DNA from: the human T2T-CHM13v2.0 reference genome, Homo sapiens
Strand: one strand, 5' to 3'
Length of the DNA stretch: 64,000 bases
NCBI RefSeq assembly: GCF_009914755.1
Contig: NC_060942.1
This document shows, in pieces, positions 44,870 to 61,453 of this stretch. The position numbers and the translations under genes were made by a program. The number at the start of each line of letters is the position of its first letter. The first letter of the stretch is position 1. The notes under the pieces are model-generated. The model saw only the letters and a program-made list of their open reading frames with translations. It did no database searches and was not told where the DNA came from.

Positions 44870-45710
44870 AAACGGACAAAGGACTTGAATAGACATTTCT
44901 TCAAGGAAGATACACAGGTGGCCAATAAGCACAAGAAAAGATGCTCCACCTCATTAGTCATTAGGAAAATGCAAACTGGAACCACAAGGAGATACTACCT
45001 CACACACATCAGGATGGCTATTATTTTAAAAACCAAAAACCAAACAAAACCAGAAAATAACATGTGTTGTTGAAGATGTGGAGAAGTTGGAACCCTCATG
45101 CAGTGCTGCTGGGAATGTGCAATGATGCCACCCCTGCGGAAAACAGTTGAGGGGTGGGTGCCTCGAAGAGCTAAACATAGAATTAACTTAGGATTCCTAG
45201 GTATAGACCAAAAAGAACTGAAAACAGGGATTCAGATACTTGTGTGCCAGTGTTCATTGCAGGATTATTCACTGTAGCCAAAAGGTAGAAACAACCTAGG
45301 TGTCCATCAGTGGATGAATGGATAAACAAGATATGGTCTATACATGTGGTGGAATATTATCCAGCCATAAAAAGGAATGGCGTTCTGGTACATAATACAA
45401 TATGGATGAACCTTGGAGACATTATGCTAAGCAAAATTCGCCAGACACAAAGGGAAAAATACTGTGTGGTTCCACTTACATGAGGTATAGAGAGTGGTCA
45501 GACTCAGAGACAGACAGTAGAAAGGTGGTTTCCAGGAGCTTGAGGGAGGGGGAATGGGGAGTTACTAGTTAACGGTTACAGAGATTCTATTTGGGGTGAT
45601 GAGAATGTTCTGGAAATAGATAGTGGCAATCGTTGCTACTTATTGCCCCTGAATCATACTTTAAAATGGTTAAAATGGCAAATTTTGTATCTATTTTCCA
45701 CAATAAAAAA
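44870..45710 (+). mobile_element. L1MB-like 3' end, sense in intron 1
   Basis: GGACTTGAATAGACATTTCTTCAAGGAAGATA through 3' AATAAA at 45702. Confidence 0.85.
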
Positions 45711-46909
45711 TATTAAATGGCCCCAAAGTTTTTTTAAAAAGGCATTCAAAGGACAGGCATAAAAAGAGCCTAATTCAGTGTTTGGCAGTGGGAGACAGCC
45801 CTTCCTCGCCTCCCGAAATGAGCTGCATTCCTGGCCTCCTGCAGATTTTGCCATCCAGAGTTGCCACTTTGCTGTCGGCTCCTGCCTGCACTTTTCGTCT
45901 CCATCTCTGTTTCCTCCATGAGATCCTAGCCCAGGCTCTGTTCTTGTCTAAAACGAGTTTGCACCTTCTTGCGCTTTCTCATCCCAACAGTCTTTACAAT
46001 ATGTTTCATGGTGCTGCTAAAAAAAGACCCTCCCTTCCTTCTACAACTCACTGACTAGCTGCCCTTTCCTGGAAGCCCCGAAGCAGCCCCCACCTTTTCC
46101 TTCTACTGTCAGAACATACCTGCCCAGCCCCCCAGGCTCTCCGCCTGCACCTGCCCGAGTCTCCCATTTGCTCTGTCCTCTCCCTCCTCTCGAATCCTTC
46201 TGTCTCTGCCCCGCAACCTCACCCTCCCCAGCTTGTGCACTTCCTCTTGTAAGTCCTTCCCTATCTCTGTCTGTTTCCCTGCCCATTCAAAGCCAAGGAA
46301 GACGTGGACACCAGTCTGAGGCCAGGGTTGCAATTCTCCTTCCTCGTCCACGATCAGGGAGGATCTTTCCAATGCATTAGTTCTGGCACTGCTGTGTGGG
46401 GCTCTGACTGGTCACAGTTTTCCTTCCTCTCTATATGTGGCTGTGTCCTCCTTTACAAAAGCTGTGAGAGGGCAGAGACAGGTCCTGCCTTCAGTCCTAC
46501 AGCAAGCCAGGACCTCATGCAGGTATGGGAGAGAGCTCAGTGAAGATGCCTTTGACAGTGTGATGACAGCAGAACTTCGTAAAGAGATTGATACTTCCTC
46601 CTGTTAAACTCTGACTACATCAAACTGTATCTTCTGGAGAAAAATCATTTTTCGAGATAAAGGCGAGTGACTCAGGCAAAGGTGAATGACTCAGACTCGC
46701 TCTTACCCGGTGATTAAATGAACTCAACAGCCTCTTTGCGGGGAACAGTATGTGTGTGGGGAGAGGACTGATTCGTTATTTGTAATTTTCAGTGAGACCA
46801 GTAGAAGCTGACCAGCTGTGATGAGTGCTTTTAAGTTGGAGTTTTGAATACTTTTTATCACTAGATAGACATTCATAGAATGCATTTTAGAATGTCCCAA
46901 ATCCCTAGG

Positions 46910-47374
<465 letters not shown>

Positions 47375-49002
47375 CTTTTTTTTTTTTAATCAATTATAAT
47401 ATTGTTTGTGACAGTTATAGTTTCTTCATGATCTTCTCCAATAAACTAGACACATATTTTCATATTGTACAAATCACAAAATGTATGAGCCTAACTTTTG
47501 GCAGCAGAATTTTTTTTTCAAGAGCTATGTGTAAAATATATTTCTTAGAAATGAATTATATTTTAAACACTCAGGGCATTTTCTGTTAAACCCTGTGATT
47601 CTCTGTATCTACCTCTGTTGTGACTTAGGCCATGTACCTGACTGGTATAACTTAGGACCTCCAAGTTTTTAATGTGTTACATGATTGACAGGTTTCCCAG
47701 GTAGGGTGAACACACCCATGGGGTGTGCCACGTGATCCAGCAAGGTGAGCAGGGGATCCTAAAACACTGCCCCTTTATCCTCACGGTCTCTTATAACACA
47801 CCATCTTGGTAGGCGCCTATGCGATGTTGTTCTGAAGCTTGAAATGTGAAGCTCTGGTTTGTACAAAAGAAACATGCCTGATATTTTCTCTGTGAATCTG
47901 TAAGATTGAAATTCTATCTGCCGAGCTTATTTAAAATGAGAATGTCTAGGATATTCGATCATAATTCGTTTATGTCCTAGTTAACAGAAATCACAGATAT
48001 AATCTGGCAGCAGCTTTATCAGCAGACGGACTGAGTAAACTGTGTCTGCCTTCACCCAAGTGTGGCTCGTGGAACTGACTGAACCCCCAGACAGAAAAGC
48101 ACTGAAATGACTCGGACCACTCATCGCCAATTTCACATTGATGCCTCAAGTTTCCAATCCCGTGATAAAGGACTTCTTTATGTGAAATCAAACATGCTTT
48201 TTAACGCATGCATTTTTTCCTAGTTGTCCTGCTAAAATACTCTGCTATGCAGCTTTGGTTTGTCATAATCAGGTTAAAAGTGCACAAGGATGGTTTGTGC
48301 GGGAAGATTGTCAGGCCTTGAGAACTTGTCTCTGGGTACCCAGTTTATCTTTTCCATCATTTTTCCCCTTTCTAGTGACACCCTTTTCCCTCTCTCCCCT
48401 CAGGGAATGACTGGATGGAAGTTACATATACTTTTACTAATTCCACTCAGCTGTGCCCGTGAATATCCCTCCTCTATTGGATACAGACCACTGCAGTGGG
48501 GTGTGATACAATCACATCTCCATTTCTCCCAGCAGCCTACTAGAAAGGTCTTCAGCTTTGAATTGAGGAGGCAGAACCTTTGTGTTTGTGCAGTCTGGCC
48601 GTTTGCCAGTGCCACATCATGTATAGGAGTTCTCACGTCTGCCTCTCAGTGCAGCAGGATAGGCACAGTTATTAATTAGCACTATTGTACAGGTGAGGAG
48701 ACTCAGGCTGAGAATGGCTTTTTTTTTTTTTTTTTTTTTTTTTGGTCCTGAGATTTTAGAAATGTAGTCAGTTTTATTAAAGAAATATCAGGCATTCTTC
48801 TCTCCGGGTCAAACTGGAAGCCCAGTTTCGAGGACTGCCCTGGGTAGAAAAATCCTCCTTCCCTGAAGCCCAACTCAGTTCTTGGGGACTGCCTGGCCAG
48901 GCTACTTCATACTCTTGTCACCAGCGCTCAAGGTACCTTGTCCCCTCCTCCAACCTGAGTTCTCCTGGCCCTTACTTCTGCTTTGCTAAAATTCCCATGT
49001 GC

Positions 49003-49322
<320 letters not shown>

Positions 49323-52300
49323 TATATTCTGTCATGTCAGACTTTCTTTGTCATTTAATTTTTTTGAATAGGAATCTGCCCTATCTGGTGTCTGGGCCTC
49401 ACGTGATTCCTGCATCATTTCCACTCCTGGTTATGAATGTTTTGCTGCGAATCACCATGGTGGGACGTTTTCCTTACATTCACAGGCACAGGACTGTGCC
49501 ATGATCCAGAATAGAAAGCTGGATAAAATAGAGATAAATTTAGCTGGAGAAAGCAGCTAAGGAAGGGGCAGACCAGGAATGATAGCCCAGAACATCTGAA
49601 TTCAAAGGGTCTATATTTTGACTCATTAATGGAAACACTTGTGACCGGGAGAAACTGAGACCTTCTCGCCGGCCTGTCAGCCCAGGTGGCTGAGAAAAAA
49701 GACATTCAAAGAAATGGACAAGAACCAAGAGCATTTGTTTGTAGGTTACTCTGATGTATTAATTCTACCTTTTATATGTTTGTTGTTTATTTACTTCTAA
49801 AACAAAGTGCTTCAAAGAGAAATAATTCCTTAGGGTAAGATTGTCTTATTTAAAGAAGCTCTTTTAGTGTTTTGGGTACACAGGTTGCTAGTAATTTATT
49901 TGTATTCTGTTCTGGGTAGGATCAGTTTCGATAGTGACTTTCTTTAAAGATATTTTTTTCCAGGACAGCAGGGCTGTTAAGTGAAGTGTTGTTTTCACAT
50001 TTAATCGTTTCTCTCTTAAGAAAAACCACATCTTTCGACTCTACTGTAAGATTCAGAAATTTGATACCATCCTTACTGAAGTTATAGCCAAATTCTGAAA
50101 TATAGTCACGGATGATATTTTATAAAACAAAATCTATGGAAAATCCCTCATTTGTTCTTCTAGGTTACGTTCTTTTCGTCTCGATTTGACAAGAGGGGCC
50201 AAGCCTCTTTCTACATCGTTCGATGTCAGCATGAATTTTCAGTGGAGCAAGAAAGTAATTTTAGTATCCATAATGACTTGCACTACAATTGGGTTAACAG
50301 CATGGAAAATAAATATTTAAGTCAACCTTCCCTGCAGGATTCTAAATACAGATCTGCTCGTCTCTGTGGCTCCACTGGCAGAAATGTTATGTTTCTTCAG
50401 CTTATGGTTTTTCAGAATTAGACTCAACATGGCTTTGCGTAGGGAAATAAATCCACATTGCTTTATAAAGGGATTTTTTAATTTCAAATTTATTATCTCC
50501 CCCGCCCTCCGAAAGCCTTGCACAGACTGTGGACATGGTTATTCTAGAAGAGTCCATCAGCCGTTAAGATAAACACCAGCCTGTATGCCCTGAAACAAAT
50601 GCGTAGAAGACACAAAAAGACACAAGAAAGCGAAGCAAGAGAAGTCAAATCATCTTGCTGTTTTAACTCCTTTTTTTAGACTTAGCAAGGAATTTGTAGG
50701 GGGAATTTGTATGTGCAGAGAATATTTGCTATGAACAGACTAATGTTCCTTATTAATTCCAGTGAGTTCTGTCAGAATACAGGTTAGTTGATATAGATTC
50801 TGTGGACCAAAGAGAATATTTTCAGCTTATTGATTAAGAACTATACTCTATCAATCCATGGCTGCTTTTCTAAACAAGACCTCTAAGAAGTCAAATTATA
50901 TTCCCCAAAACACAAGAGCAACCTGATCCCAGCCAGCCTCCAAGGCGGCTGTGATGTAGAATAGGCCCTCGATTAGATCACAAGTTCATTCTCCTTTCAC
51001 CTCCAGAAGAATGCACCCCAAAAGATGGCCGGTAACATGGGTTACCTGTGCAGAAGAGTGACTGGGAGAGACTGGGACAGAGTTTCCTAAGCAAGCTATT
51101 GTTCGTTTTGAATTTTGTCTCATGGGACTGTATTCCCTATTCAATAAATAAAAATTTAAAAGTATTTCTGCTTTATTTGCTTCATGAAGACAACTGCGAT
51201 TCCAAAGCTTTGACTCTATCAGTCTTAAAGGTGAACTAGAAAAATCTCAGTAAATAAAAGCCTGTACATCTCAACTCAGTCATCAAAGGCTTTTCCTTGC
51301 TGCATCTTAGGGAAAAAGAGGCAACTGTAAGTGGCTGACAAAATCACTCTATTAACTGAAGATCTGGGGCCTTATGCCCAAATTTCCCCATTCCCTGGGA
51401 GATTCCTTAAGAACACTTAAGCAGGAACATGTTTTTATCAAATGATTGCTTTACTAGGGCTGCTACCGATAATAATAGCTACCACTTTGCAACCCTGGGG
51501 AGCTTGGTCTTGGAGGATAGAGTCTGACTGAAGTTCTAGGCAGGTGAAAGGGAAAGGCAGAAGCCTAGAGGGCTACTGCCAAGGGGATCTGGAGCCATCT
51601 TCAGGCTCTTGCCAGCTGCTGGCTGGCAGGGCAGTTAATGGTGAAATGGTAGACATCAGAACCAGAATACTGTAGGCAAAATGAGAGGTCAGACTGGGAG
51701 GGGCAGGGACAGCCGTTCATTCATGCACACAAAAAAATGACACCCAGAGGATGAACCTGACAGGCCGTGCAGGCAGAGGGAGACTGGTATAAGGAAACAG
51801 ATCCAGGGCAGTCTAACGGGAAACTGAGCCCAAGCATGTGGGACTCAAGACAGAGTCTGGGGATCAGGAGCAAGGAGAGAGCCAGTCTGGCCTGCAGCGT
51901 CAAGGGGACAAGTCGGTCAATCCTCAGGTACCTGGCAAAGCAAGACAGGCTGGAGTGACAGAAGCACTGGATTTCCTAAGAGTTACAAGCATGGGGCTGC
52001 AGTGCACAGCGCTCACCAGGCGATTTGTTGCTGGAACTGAGGCATGAGATTAGAATGAGACCAGCACAGGGCACGCTTTACGGGCTGTGTGGGGAGGAAA
52101 AGGGTCTGCAAGTGGAGGGAAAGAACACTGGAAGCAGAGAGCCAGAAAGGAAGAGGAAAAGGGGCAATAAAGGCATGCTTTGTCTTTGGCATGCACCAAC
52201 AACCTAAAGAGTTTTCCAGATTTCCTTTATTTACTTGCAAACCACATTTACTTAAAAATATGTACTTATGTTGCATTTTAAGTTGTATGTATATTGCCAT

Positions 52301-54505
52301 GTTGAAGGTTTGAAGGTATACTTCAAAGTATATCATGTAACTAGAGAACAAAGTAGGTTTCTGCTTAAGCTGGACCCTAAATGAGATTAAAAGCATAATT
52401 TTCTGCCTCACCATAGCAATTTTCCCAGCAGCAAAATTTCTGCTGCTGCTTAAAAGATCTGTAATCCTATAACTCTGTCAAGTAGACATGTCAGTTTTGG
52501 GGTGATGAAAATGTTCAGGAATTAGATAGCCGCGATGGTTGTTCAACCTTGCCAAAGTGCTAAAAACCACTGAACGGTAGGTATACTTTAAAAGGTTTAA
52601 TTTTATGGTCCGTGAATTTTATACCTCAGTTTTTGGGCAGGGGTGGGAGGGCAAGAGGCACATTCAGGTGAAAAGTCATAGTGAGGTAGAAGCTTAGGAG
52701 AGAGAAATGGATTTTATATCTGTGACAATCAATTAAAAGTTAGGACAGCTGGTCATTTCTGGAAGCAGTGACTTCCTTGTTTCTTCGAAGAGGTGTAAAG
52801 CTCCTGAGTTGGAGGATAGGTGGGTTGAATGAATCGCAGCCATACTCCTAAACATGGAGTGAATTGTCTACATGTTCAGGTCAGATATACTCAACAGGCA
52901 CCAGGGCTTGGAGCCCAGGACACAGCTTGTGACATCTGACAGTGCCCCTAAGCAGCTACTTCAGGGATATCCCATTTACCAAATTCCCCTAAAAAGTACC
53001 TTTCTGTGTGTAGAACACAAAGTATGTGCTCATTTTACTGAGTCTGTGGCTGCCCCCTTAGGGGATCAGAAGCAATTAATACCCTTTGTCATCTGAAATA
53101 CAGTCCAACTTCATATTTATCCTGTTTGCCTTGTCATCAGCATTGCAACAATGCTCATGAATCCTTAGGCTCGGATGAATCCAGCTTTTTGACCCAGTTT
53201 GCATGGCCGCATGTAGTTTTACCACTTTGCCTCTTTCTTCTGTGCATGTACATTACACACAGAGGGAGACAGAGAAGGGTGGCATCTAAAACAGAGAAAA
53301 GCATCTCAGAAGGGAGAGGTGTGGTGGCTTCTTTTAAGCAATTCTTCCTCAGTCCGCTGGGCTCAATGCAGCTTCCCTAAGACTCTGTCACCCAGTGAAT
53401 ACATGGGGAGCATCTGATGTGTGTTACCCGGTGTCCACGGGGAGTGTTAGCAGGGCCCAGGAAGCAAGTCCAAGTACAACCTTCCTGTCACACATCACCT
53501 CAATAACACACTGGGACCTTCTCATCGACCTCAGCCTCCTCATAACCCCTTTGCTGGCCAGGGTGAGGTCAGAAAGGTCCGTGATGGCTGTGTGCCCCAC
53601 ACCCACTCAGCTAGCCTGGGCTTTCCTGGGTTTGGTGCTTTCTTTATAAAGCTGCCTTCTATAATGGAGCTATTTTGAGGATGCATGGCTTTTTCCAAGC
53701 CATATTATCTCTGCGCCCTCCATCTGAGCACTTTCATATGCAGATGAAGCCCTCCCCTGACTGCCTTTGTGACACTGGGCTCCAGCTGGACTGAAGGTCT
53801 CTTACTGCCTCCCAAGAGCTGTTTCAGGCCTCATTGCCCCTGTTTGAACTGCTCATATTGTCCAAAGTCTTCCTACTTCCTCCCACTACCTCCACCTGCC
53901 AGTTTCTGTTTCCTGGTCTGGCTGATTTCTATTTATCCTGGAAGGCTGATTACTTACCACCTCCCTCAGGAAGCCATCCTGGCTGCTTCTGCTTCCTTCC
54001 TACTACTGCTGAGGTAGGGCCCATCTGGTATGTGTTTCATTCCACTCTAAGACCCTTGAGGGGAAGGTTTGTGACTCTGTATTCGACGACACAGCAGGGA
54101 ACTTGCATGAATCGCAAGTGTGGCGTGCATACGTGGATGTCTGTTCGGCTAAGCCCAGTTCTTCAGTTTCTGACATGACTGCTTGTCAACAGGAGTGTGT
54201 GTTGTTTTTTGCTCACACCAAGAATGCTGATCAGGAAAAGAACTTTTCTGTGGCAAACTGATAAGAATCTCTGGGTGATTATAGATGCCTGGGCTGCTCT
54301 GTTTTCTTTTGTTTTACTCAGATGGGCAGATTCAGAAATTGGTATTTGTCTTAGAATCATACCGTTTTGAACCAGAAGGGAACCAGAGGCTGAGGAAGCT
54401 TAAACAGCTCCTGCAGTCCTTCAGGCAACAGGTAGTGAGGGCAGAGCCCAGGAAGCCCCTACAACACCTTGCTTTCCCCGCTTTTTAAAATTCTCTGTGT
54501 GTTTA

Positions 54506-54989
<484 letters not shown>

Positions 54990-55052
54990 TTACCTAGTTT
55001 TATCCAGAAAGAGCTGTGTGGACTCTCTGCCTGACCTCAGTGTTCTTTTCAG

Positions 55053-55134
55053 GTGGCTTTGCAGATCGCTCCTCCATGTACCAGTGAGAAGCATTATGAG
55101 CATCTGGGACGGTGCTGTAACAAATGTGAACCAG
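55053..55134 (+). CDS. TNFRSF11A: RANK coding exon 2, [27 protein letters not shown](G)
   Basis: ttttcag| acceptor, CAG|gtacac donor, 82 nt, TNFR CRD1 cysteines, in frame with exon 1. Confidence 0.97.
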
Positions 55135-56053
55135 GTACACCTGCTTCTGAGCCACCTTGCATTGCCCCTCAAAAGTGGGTGAGGCTTTCATTATTTTTTC
55201 TGTCTGCCAGATGAAAAAAAGAAATTGGATAGACGCGTTATGGTAGTGGCAGGTGGTAATGTCTGTCACTCTGAAGACAAAAATCTTTCTCTCAATAGAG
55301 ATTTGAAGGGATTTTAAAATCCCTTAGAAAAAAACAAAAACAACTTTAAAAACTGTTGCTTAATTTGGGCTGAAACACAATTTTCCAAAACACTATTTCT
55401 CGAGATGGCAAGAAGTTTTTAAAAACTAATATTTTAGCACTTTATGACTCAAACTCTCAAATGTGAAATGCAGCTCTTACTTAAAATTGTTTTCACAGAA
55501 ATTTTATTTTGGAATAACCACACTGGAATTGTTGCTGCTAAAAATTGCCTAAACCCTTGTCGTACCTTTTTCCATATACCTGTTGAGGAGCAGAAGGTGG
55601 ACTGGCTACCACCTGCCCCAAGTTGTTCTGCCAGAAGTGTGGCTGAGTATTTCTGCAGCCCCAGTGAAAGCCACAGTCCACGGGGCCCGCACTCTCTCAT
55701 CATTCTGGGGAGGGGAAGGTGGGTTACCTTATAACAAGATATTTTGGATATTTCAGCTACAATTATTTATTGGATGTGCAGAACCAAGATCCAGTAATGG
55801 TCAAGTGTGTGTTGGATAGGCGGGTGGGGCGCAGCGTGACACTTGGTCAAACGAAGCTAACCATGAGCCGGTAGTAAGTGTAGAAGAAGTTAACAAAAAG
55901 AAGTTAACAAGAAGTTGCCTATCCAGATGGAAGGCAGAGGGGAGAGGGGATGGGTGATGAAGTTCCTCTTGCCTACCCCTCTTATTCCCTGAGTGGGTTC
56001 CAGGGAATCTTTCAAGTTCTGCGGCCCAGTTTAAAATCATCATTCTATTCCTT

Positions 56054-56364
56054 TTTTTTTTTTTCTTTTTTTCTTTTTGAGATGGGGTCTTGCTCTGTTG
56101 CCCAGGCTGGAGTGCAGTGGCATGATTTCAGGTCACTGCAACCTCCATCTCCCAGAGGTTGAGGCAGCAATTCTCCTGCCTCAGCCTCCCAAGTAGCTGG
56201 GACTACAGTCACCTGCCACCACGCCTGGCTGATTTTTGTATCTTTAGTAGAGACGAGATTTCACCATTTGGCCAGGCTAGTCTCAAATTTCTGGCCTCAG
56301 GTGATCCGCCCGTCTCCGCCTCCCAAACTGCTGGGATTACAGGTGTGAGCCACCGTGCCTGGCC
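56054..56364 (-). mobile_element. Alu (AluS)
   Basis: 16-bp TSD CATCATTCTATTCCTT (56038-56053, 56365-56380). Confidence 0.93.
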
Positions 56365-56695
56365 CATCATTCTATTCCTTAGCAGACTTTTTGGGTGCAG
56401 AGGGTGGTTGGCTTTTTACTTAGAAGAATTAAGAGACTGCTGTGACCACAGGCTCAGCGGACCCAGGTGGGGTTATTTCAGCCAGCTGCGTGGCCTGAGG
56501 AGCCCAGGGTGCTGCAGTCACTGCATTGTGGCCTCTTCTCCTGTGTCATATTGTCTTTGGGGGGTGTCCTGGGATCATGGGCACCAATGATTATTGGTCC
56601 CATAGATGGGTGCAATTTTTGTTGCTGTTTTGCTTTGTGTTGCTGTTTTTGTTTGGTTTTTTGATGGTTGCATTTTTCTCCCTCATTTTTTTAAG

Positions 56696-56821
56696 GAAAG
56701 TACATGTCTTCTAAATGCACTACTACCTCTGACAGTGTATGTCTGCCCTGTGGCCCGGATGAATACTTGGATAGCTGGAATGAAGAAGATAAATGCTTGC
56801 TGCATAAAGTTTGTGATACAG
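56696..56821 (+). CDS. TNFRSF11A: RANK coding exon 3, (G)[41 protein letters not shown](G)
   Basis: tttaag| acceptor, CAG|gtgagc donor, 126 nt, phase 1-1. Confidence 0.97.
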
Positions 56822-57151
56822 GTGAGCCCGTCCTGTCAGTGTGTCAGTGGGAAGTGTAGAAACCTCAGACCTCTTTTTCTATAGAAACATTTTTAGAGGC
56901 AGCCAATGATGTTTCGTTTCAGGAACATGAAAGGAAGTTGTGACTACACATCCCAAGAAAGATGCGTTTTAGATCCCCAAGGCCTCTGTTAAAATTCTTC
57001 ATTTAGAACATTTGTTCTGGAATATATTTATGTTGCCATTTAATCATGGGACACATCATAGACTTGACATAATGTTTCCATAATGTTCCCACCTATTTTT
57101 GTGTGGTTTAATCCTCCCTGAAATCCTGTAGGTAGCCATACTTATCCCTTT

Positions 57152-57475
57152 TATTTTATTTGTTTATTTATTTATTTATTTTTTTAATTTATTTGAGACG
57201 GAGTCTCGCTCTGTCGCCCAGGCTGGAGTGCAGTGGCGCGATCTCAGCTCACTGCAAGCTCTGCCTCCCAGGTTCATGCCATTCTCCTGCCTCAGCCTCC
57301 TGAGTAGCTGGGACTACAGGCACCCCCCACCACGCCCAGCTAATTTTTTGTACTTTTAGTAGAGACGGGGTTTCACCATGTTAGCCAGGATGGTCTCGAT
57401 CTCCTGACCTTGTGATCTGCCCGCCTCGGCCTTCCAAAGTGCTGGGATTACAGGTGTGAGCCACCGTGCCCGGCC
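57152..57475 (-). mobile_element. AluY
   Basis: CTGCAAGCTC, GCCATTCTCC and TTAGCCAGGATGGTCTCGATCTCC diagnostics. Confidence 0.92.
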
Positions 57476-57680
57476 TATCCCCTTTAAAGATTGAGAAACG
57501 GAGATTCAGAGAGGTTGAATAACTTCTCCAAGGTTAACACGTGTGAAGCAGGACTCAAAACCAGCTCTACTCTTCACCTTTTTCCTAAACTATAAATATT
57601 TTATTAACACAGTCTGATCTCCTTACCAGACTGTCTTAAGTTTCTTGCCTGGAATGTTTTTTAAAGTATAGTTTATTTGA

Positions 57681-58199
<519 letters not shown>

Positions 58200-58531
58200 T
58201 AAATTGGTTGTTAGATCAATTTCTTATAAATTGGTTGTTAGCTCTAGAAGGCCAATCAGATTCTGCTTTGTTTTTTGTTTTGTTTGTGGCAAACTTCATA
58301 TATAATATAGTTCATACATAGAATATTAGAACCATGTAATAGCTGAGCATTCCTCTTTCTAACATTAGCAGCTGCTGATGGTCATGGTTTAGATGTGTTT
58401 CCTTTAAGGGCTGCAGAAAGGTGATGTTCTGATTCTCTCATTTCTTTTTCATTTATTAGCTGGCATGCTTTATGAAGATAAACTTCCCTCATCAACTATT
58501 TATTGATAAAGTTACTGCATTTATCCTGTAG

Positions 58532-58979
<448 letters not shown>

Positions 58980-59951
58980 GCAATAACTGGTTGTAATGGT
59001 GCTCAGATTGTCACATTTCTATGAGGTGGCCCAAGGTGTTTTGATACAGCCCAGGCATCTATTGCTTCCATGCTTAGCTTGCACAATCCTTGTCTTAAAC
59101 TACAATCAGACATTTCTCTAAGGTTTCATGATTGTTTTTAGAGGAACATTTTATTTAGTGACCTCAGTCTGGACTCTAGAGAAGACTCACTACTGGATTG
59201 ATCCTTGTGTATAGAAGTTTTTTCCCCAATGGACAGAATTAGAGAATAAGTGTTTCTTTTAACACCATAATTTTTCTAATGTGCTGGAGACAGCTGGCAG
59301 ATTTTGGCTAGGGAAGGTAACATGGAAACTCCACTGAGCAGAAGCATCTGATCAAGCCTTTTTTATTTCCCACTGCTTAGTAATGACCTTGACTCATTGC
59401 TGTCTCTTGGAAATAAAGATTCATTCTGTCTACTGCCAAAGTTGATTAAAGCCAAAAATCTGGTACATTACATACAATATTTTAAATTATGTCAAAATTA
59501 TTCATCACCACCCAGGCTTACATTCGGATGGGATCCTAGGAGTAGTTGGAATTTTCCAGAGAAGTGGCATGTGTCTGTGGACGTTCCCATGTGTTGTGGA
59601 CATGTTTTTGCATTTTGGCCTTGATGTTGCAGAGCTGACTGGGGCCTTGGAAGAGTGGGCACTGCAGGAAATGGGGACTTCTCCAGGGTCACCAAGCTTG
59701 GGTCTATAAAGATTGGAAATAGGAAATGTCCCCTCCCTACTGGCTGTAACTTGAGACCATAAGAGACAGCGGGTTTCTGGTTTGTTGGCTTGTTTTTCCC
59801 TTGGAATTCCTATAAGTATTCAGGAATATAAGGTGCAGGGGCTGTTTGGACAATCCAGGTGAGAAGGAGCCCTAGAAGGGTACAAGGTCTGTTTTAAATA
59901 ATGTTATTGTTTTGTATCATGTTGGGGGGTATGGGGTCATGTACTTATGTG

Positions 59952-60545
59952 CAGTTGACTGTGGTTATGCACAGTAGTTATGTTCTATAAAGTCACCGTG
60001 AACACTGAATTAGCAAATCCTGAGCCATTACTCCTAGTGGATTACAGGGTGAGGTTCCTGCAAGCCTCCAGTCACACTGTCACGGACTGATCACCACGTA
60101 AACTTGTTTCATGTGTGTTTCTGTTAAAGACACCTTATTTGATACATGTTGTTGATTCATTAACATTGCACTCATGGCCAACAGCACTGTAATTCATGCC
60201 TGAGTGAAGCTTCTCTAACACACTTATTTTCTCTGTAAGGCACACCACAGTTTTCTTGCACTTAGAACGCTAGACAGCTCTTCAGCACGACAGTTGGGGG
60301 CTGTTGTAAGCAGGGAAATCACCAACAAAAAGCTCGTTTACCTTCTGTGAGCTGAAACAAGAAGGCAGAGCATCGATTACCCAACCTCAGCCAGAAACCT
60401 GAGTGTGGAGCAACTCAAAATGTACACGGTTCTGTCCCTGAAGGACTGCAGAAGTACCAAGAGGATTGATTTTGGGGTGCAAATAAATTTTATTGAGCAG
60501 GTGAATTCACAAATATGAATCTGCAAATAATGAGGACTATTGATT
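59952..60545. mobile_element. TcMar-Tigger DNA transposon (MER82-like)
   Basis: CAGTAGTTATGTTCTATAAAGTCACCGTGAACACTGAATTAGC...GAATTCACAAATATGAATCTGCAAATAATGAGGA. Confidence 0.7.
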
Positions 60546-61084
60546 GATCAATAATTTGATTCATATTTGTGTGTGTATGTAGTTTATAACAGATACGTGT
60601 GTGTGTGTGTGTGTAGTTTACAACAGATCAATTCCCACGTACCTGCATTCCAGAAAAACTGGAAGGGGCCAGGAGATTTGGAACAAGAAGGCCATGTGTT
60701 GTGAAAACAGAAACAAGCATGTTACCCTGAGTGCTTGAGGAGAGTTTGACTCCAAGCATGTCACTGGGCCTGCCTCTGTACCCTCTCCATGCATGTAACT
60801 CCACAACAACCCGTTTTCACCCTGGGATGCCTCAGGATCCTACGATGAATCCTAAACCTCCAGAAACCCTGTTCTCTAAGGTCCAGTCTTGCGTTAGTCT
60901 TATACATATGGCATTTGAATTTACGAAAAACGAGGAAGCTCAACTCTGTGACCCTTCTGCATTCGCCAAAACATTCAATGATCATCAATTCCCAAGTCCT
61001 TATCTTTCTACTAACATGAAAATTGACTTTTAAAAAAAGCCCACAAAATTCTTAATTATGAGAGAGAGAAGAACCCCCCCGTGA

Positions 61085-61453
<369 letters not shown>

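Noticed and set aside
52426-52448. CAGCAGCA-AAATTTC-TGCTGCTG hairpin
   Set aside because: 8-bp stem of simple triplets; too short for a pre-miRNA and plausible by chance in 64 kb
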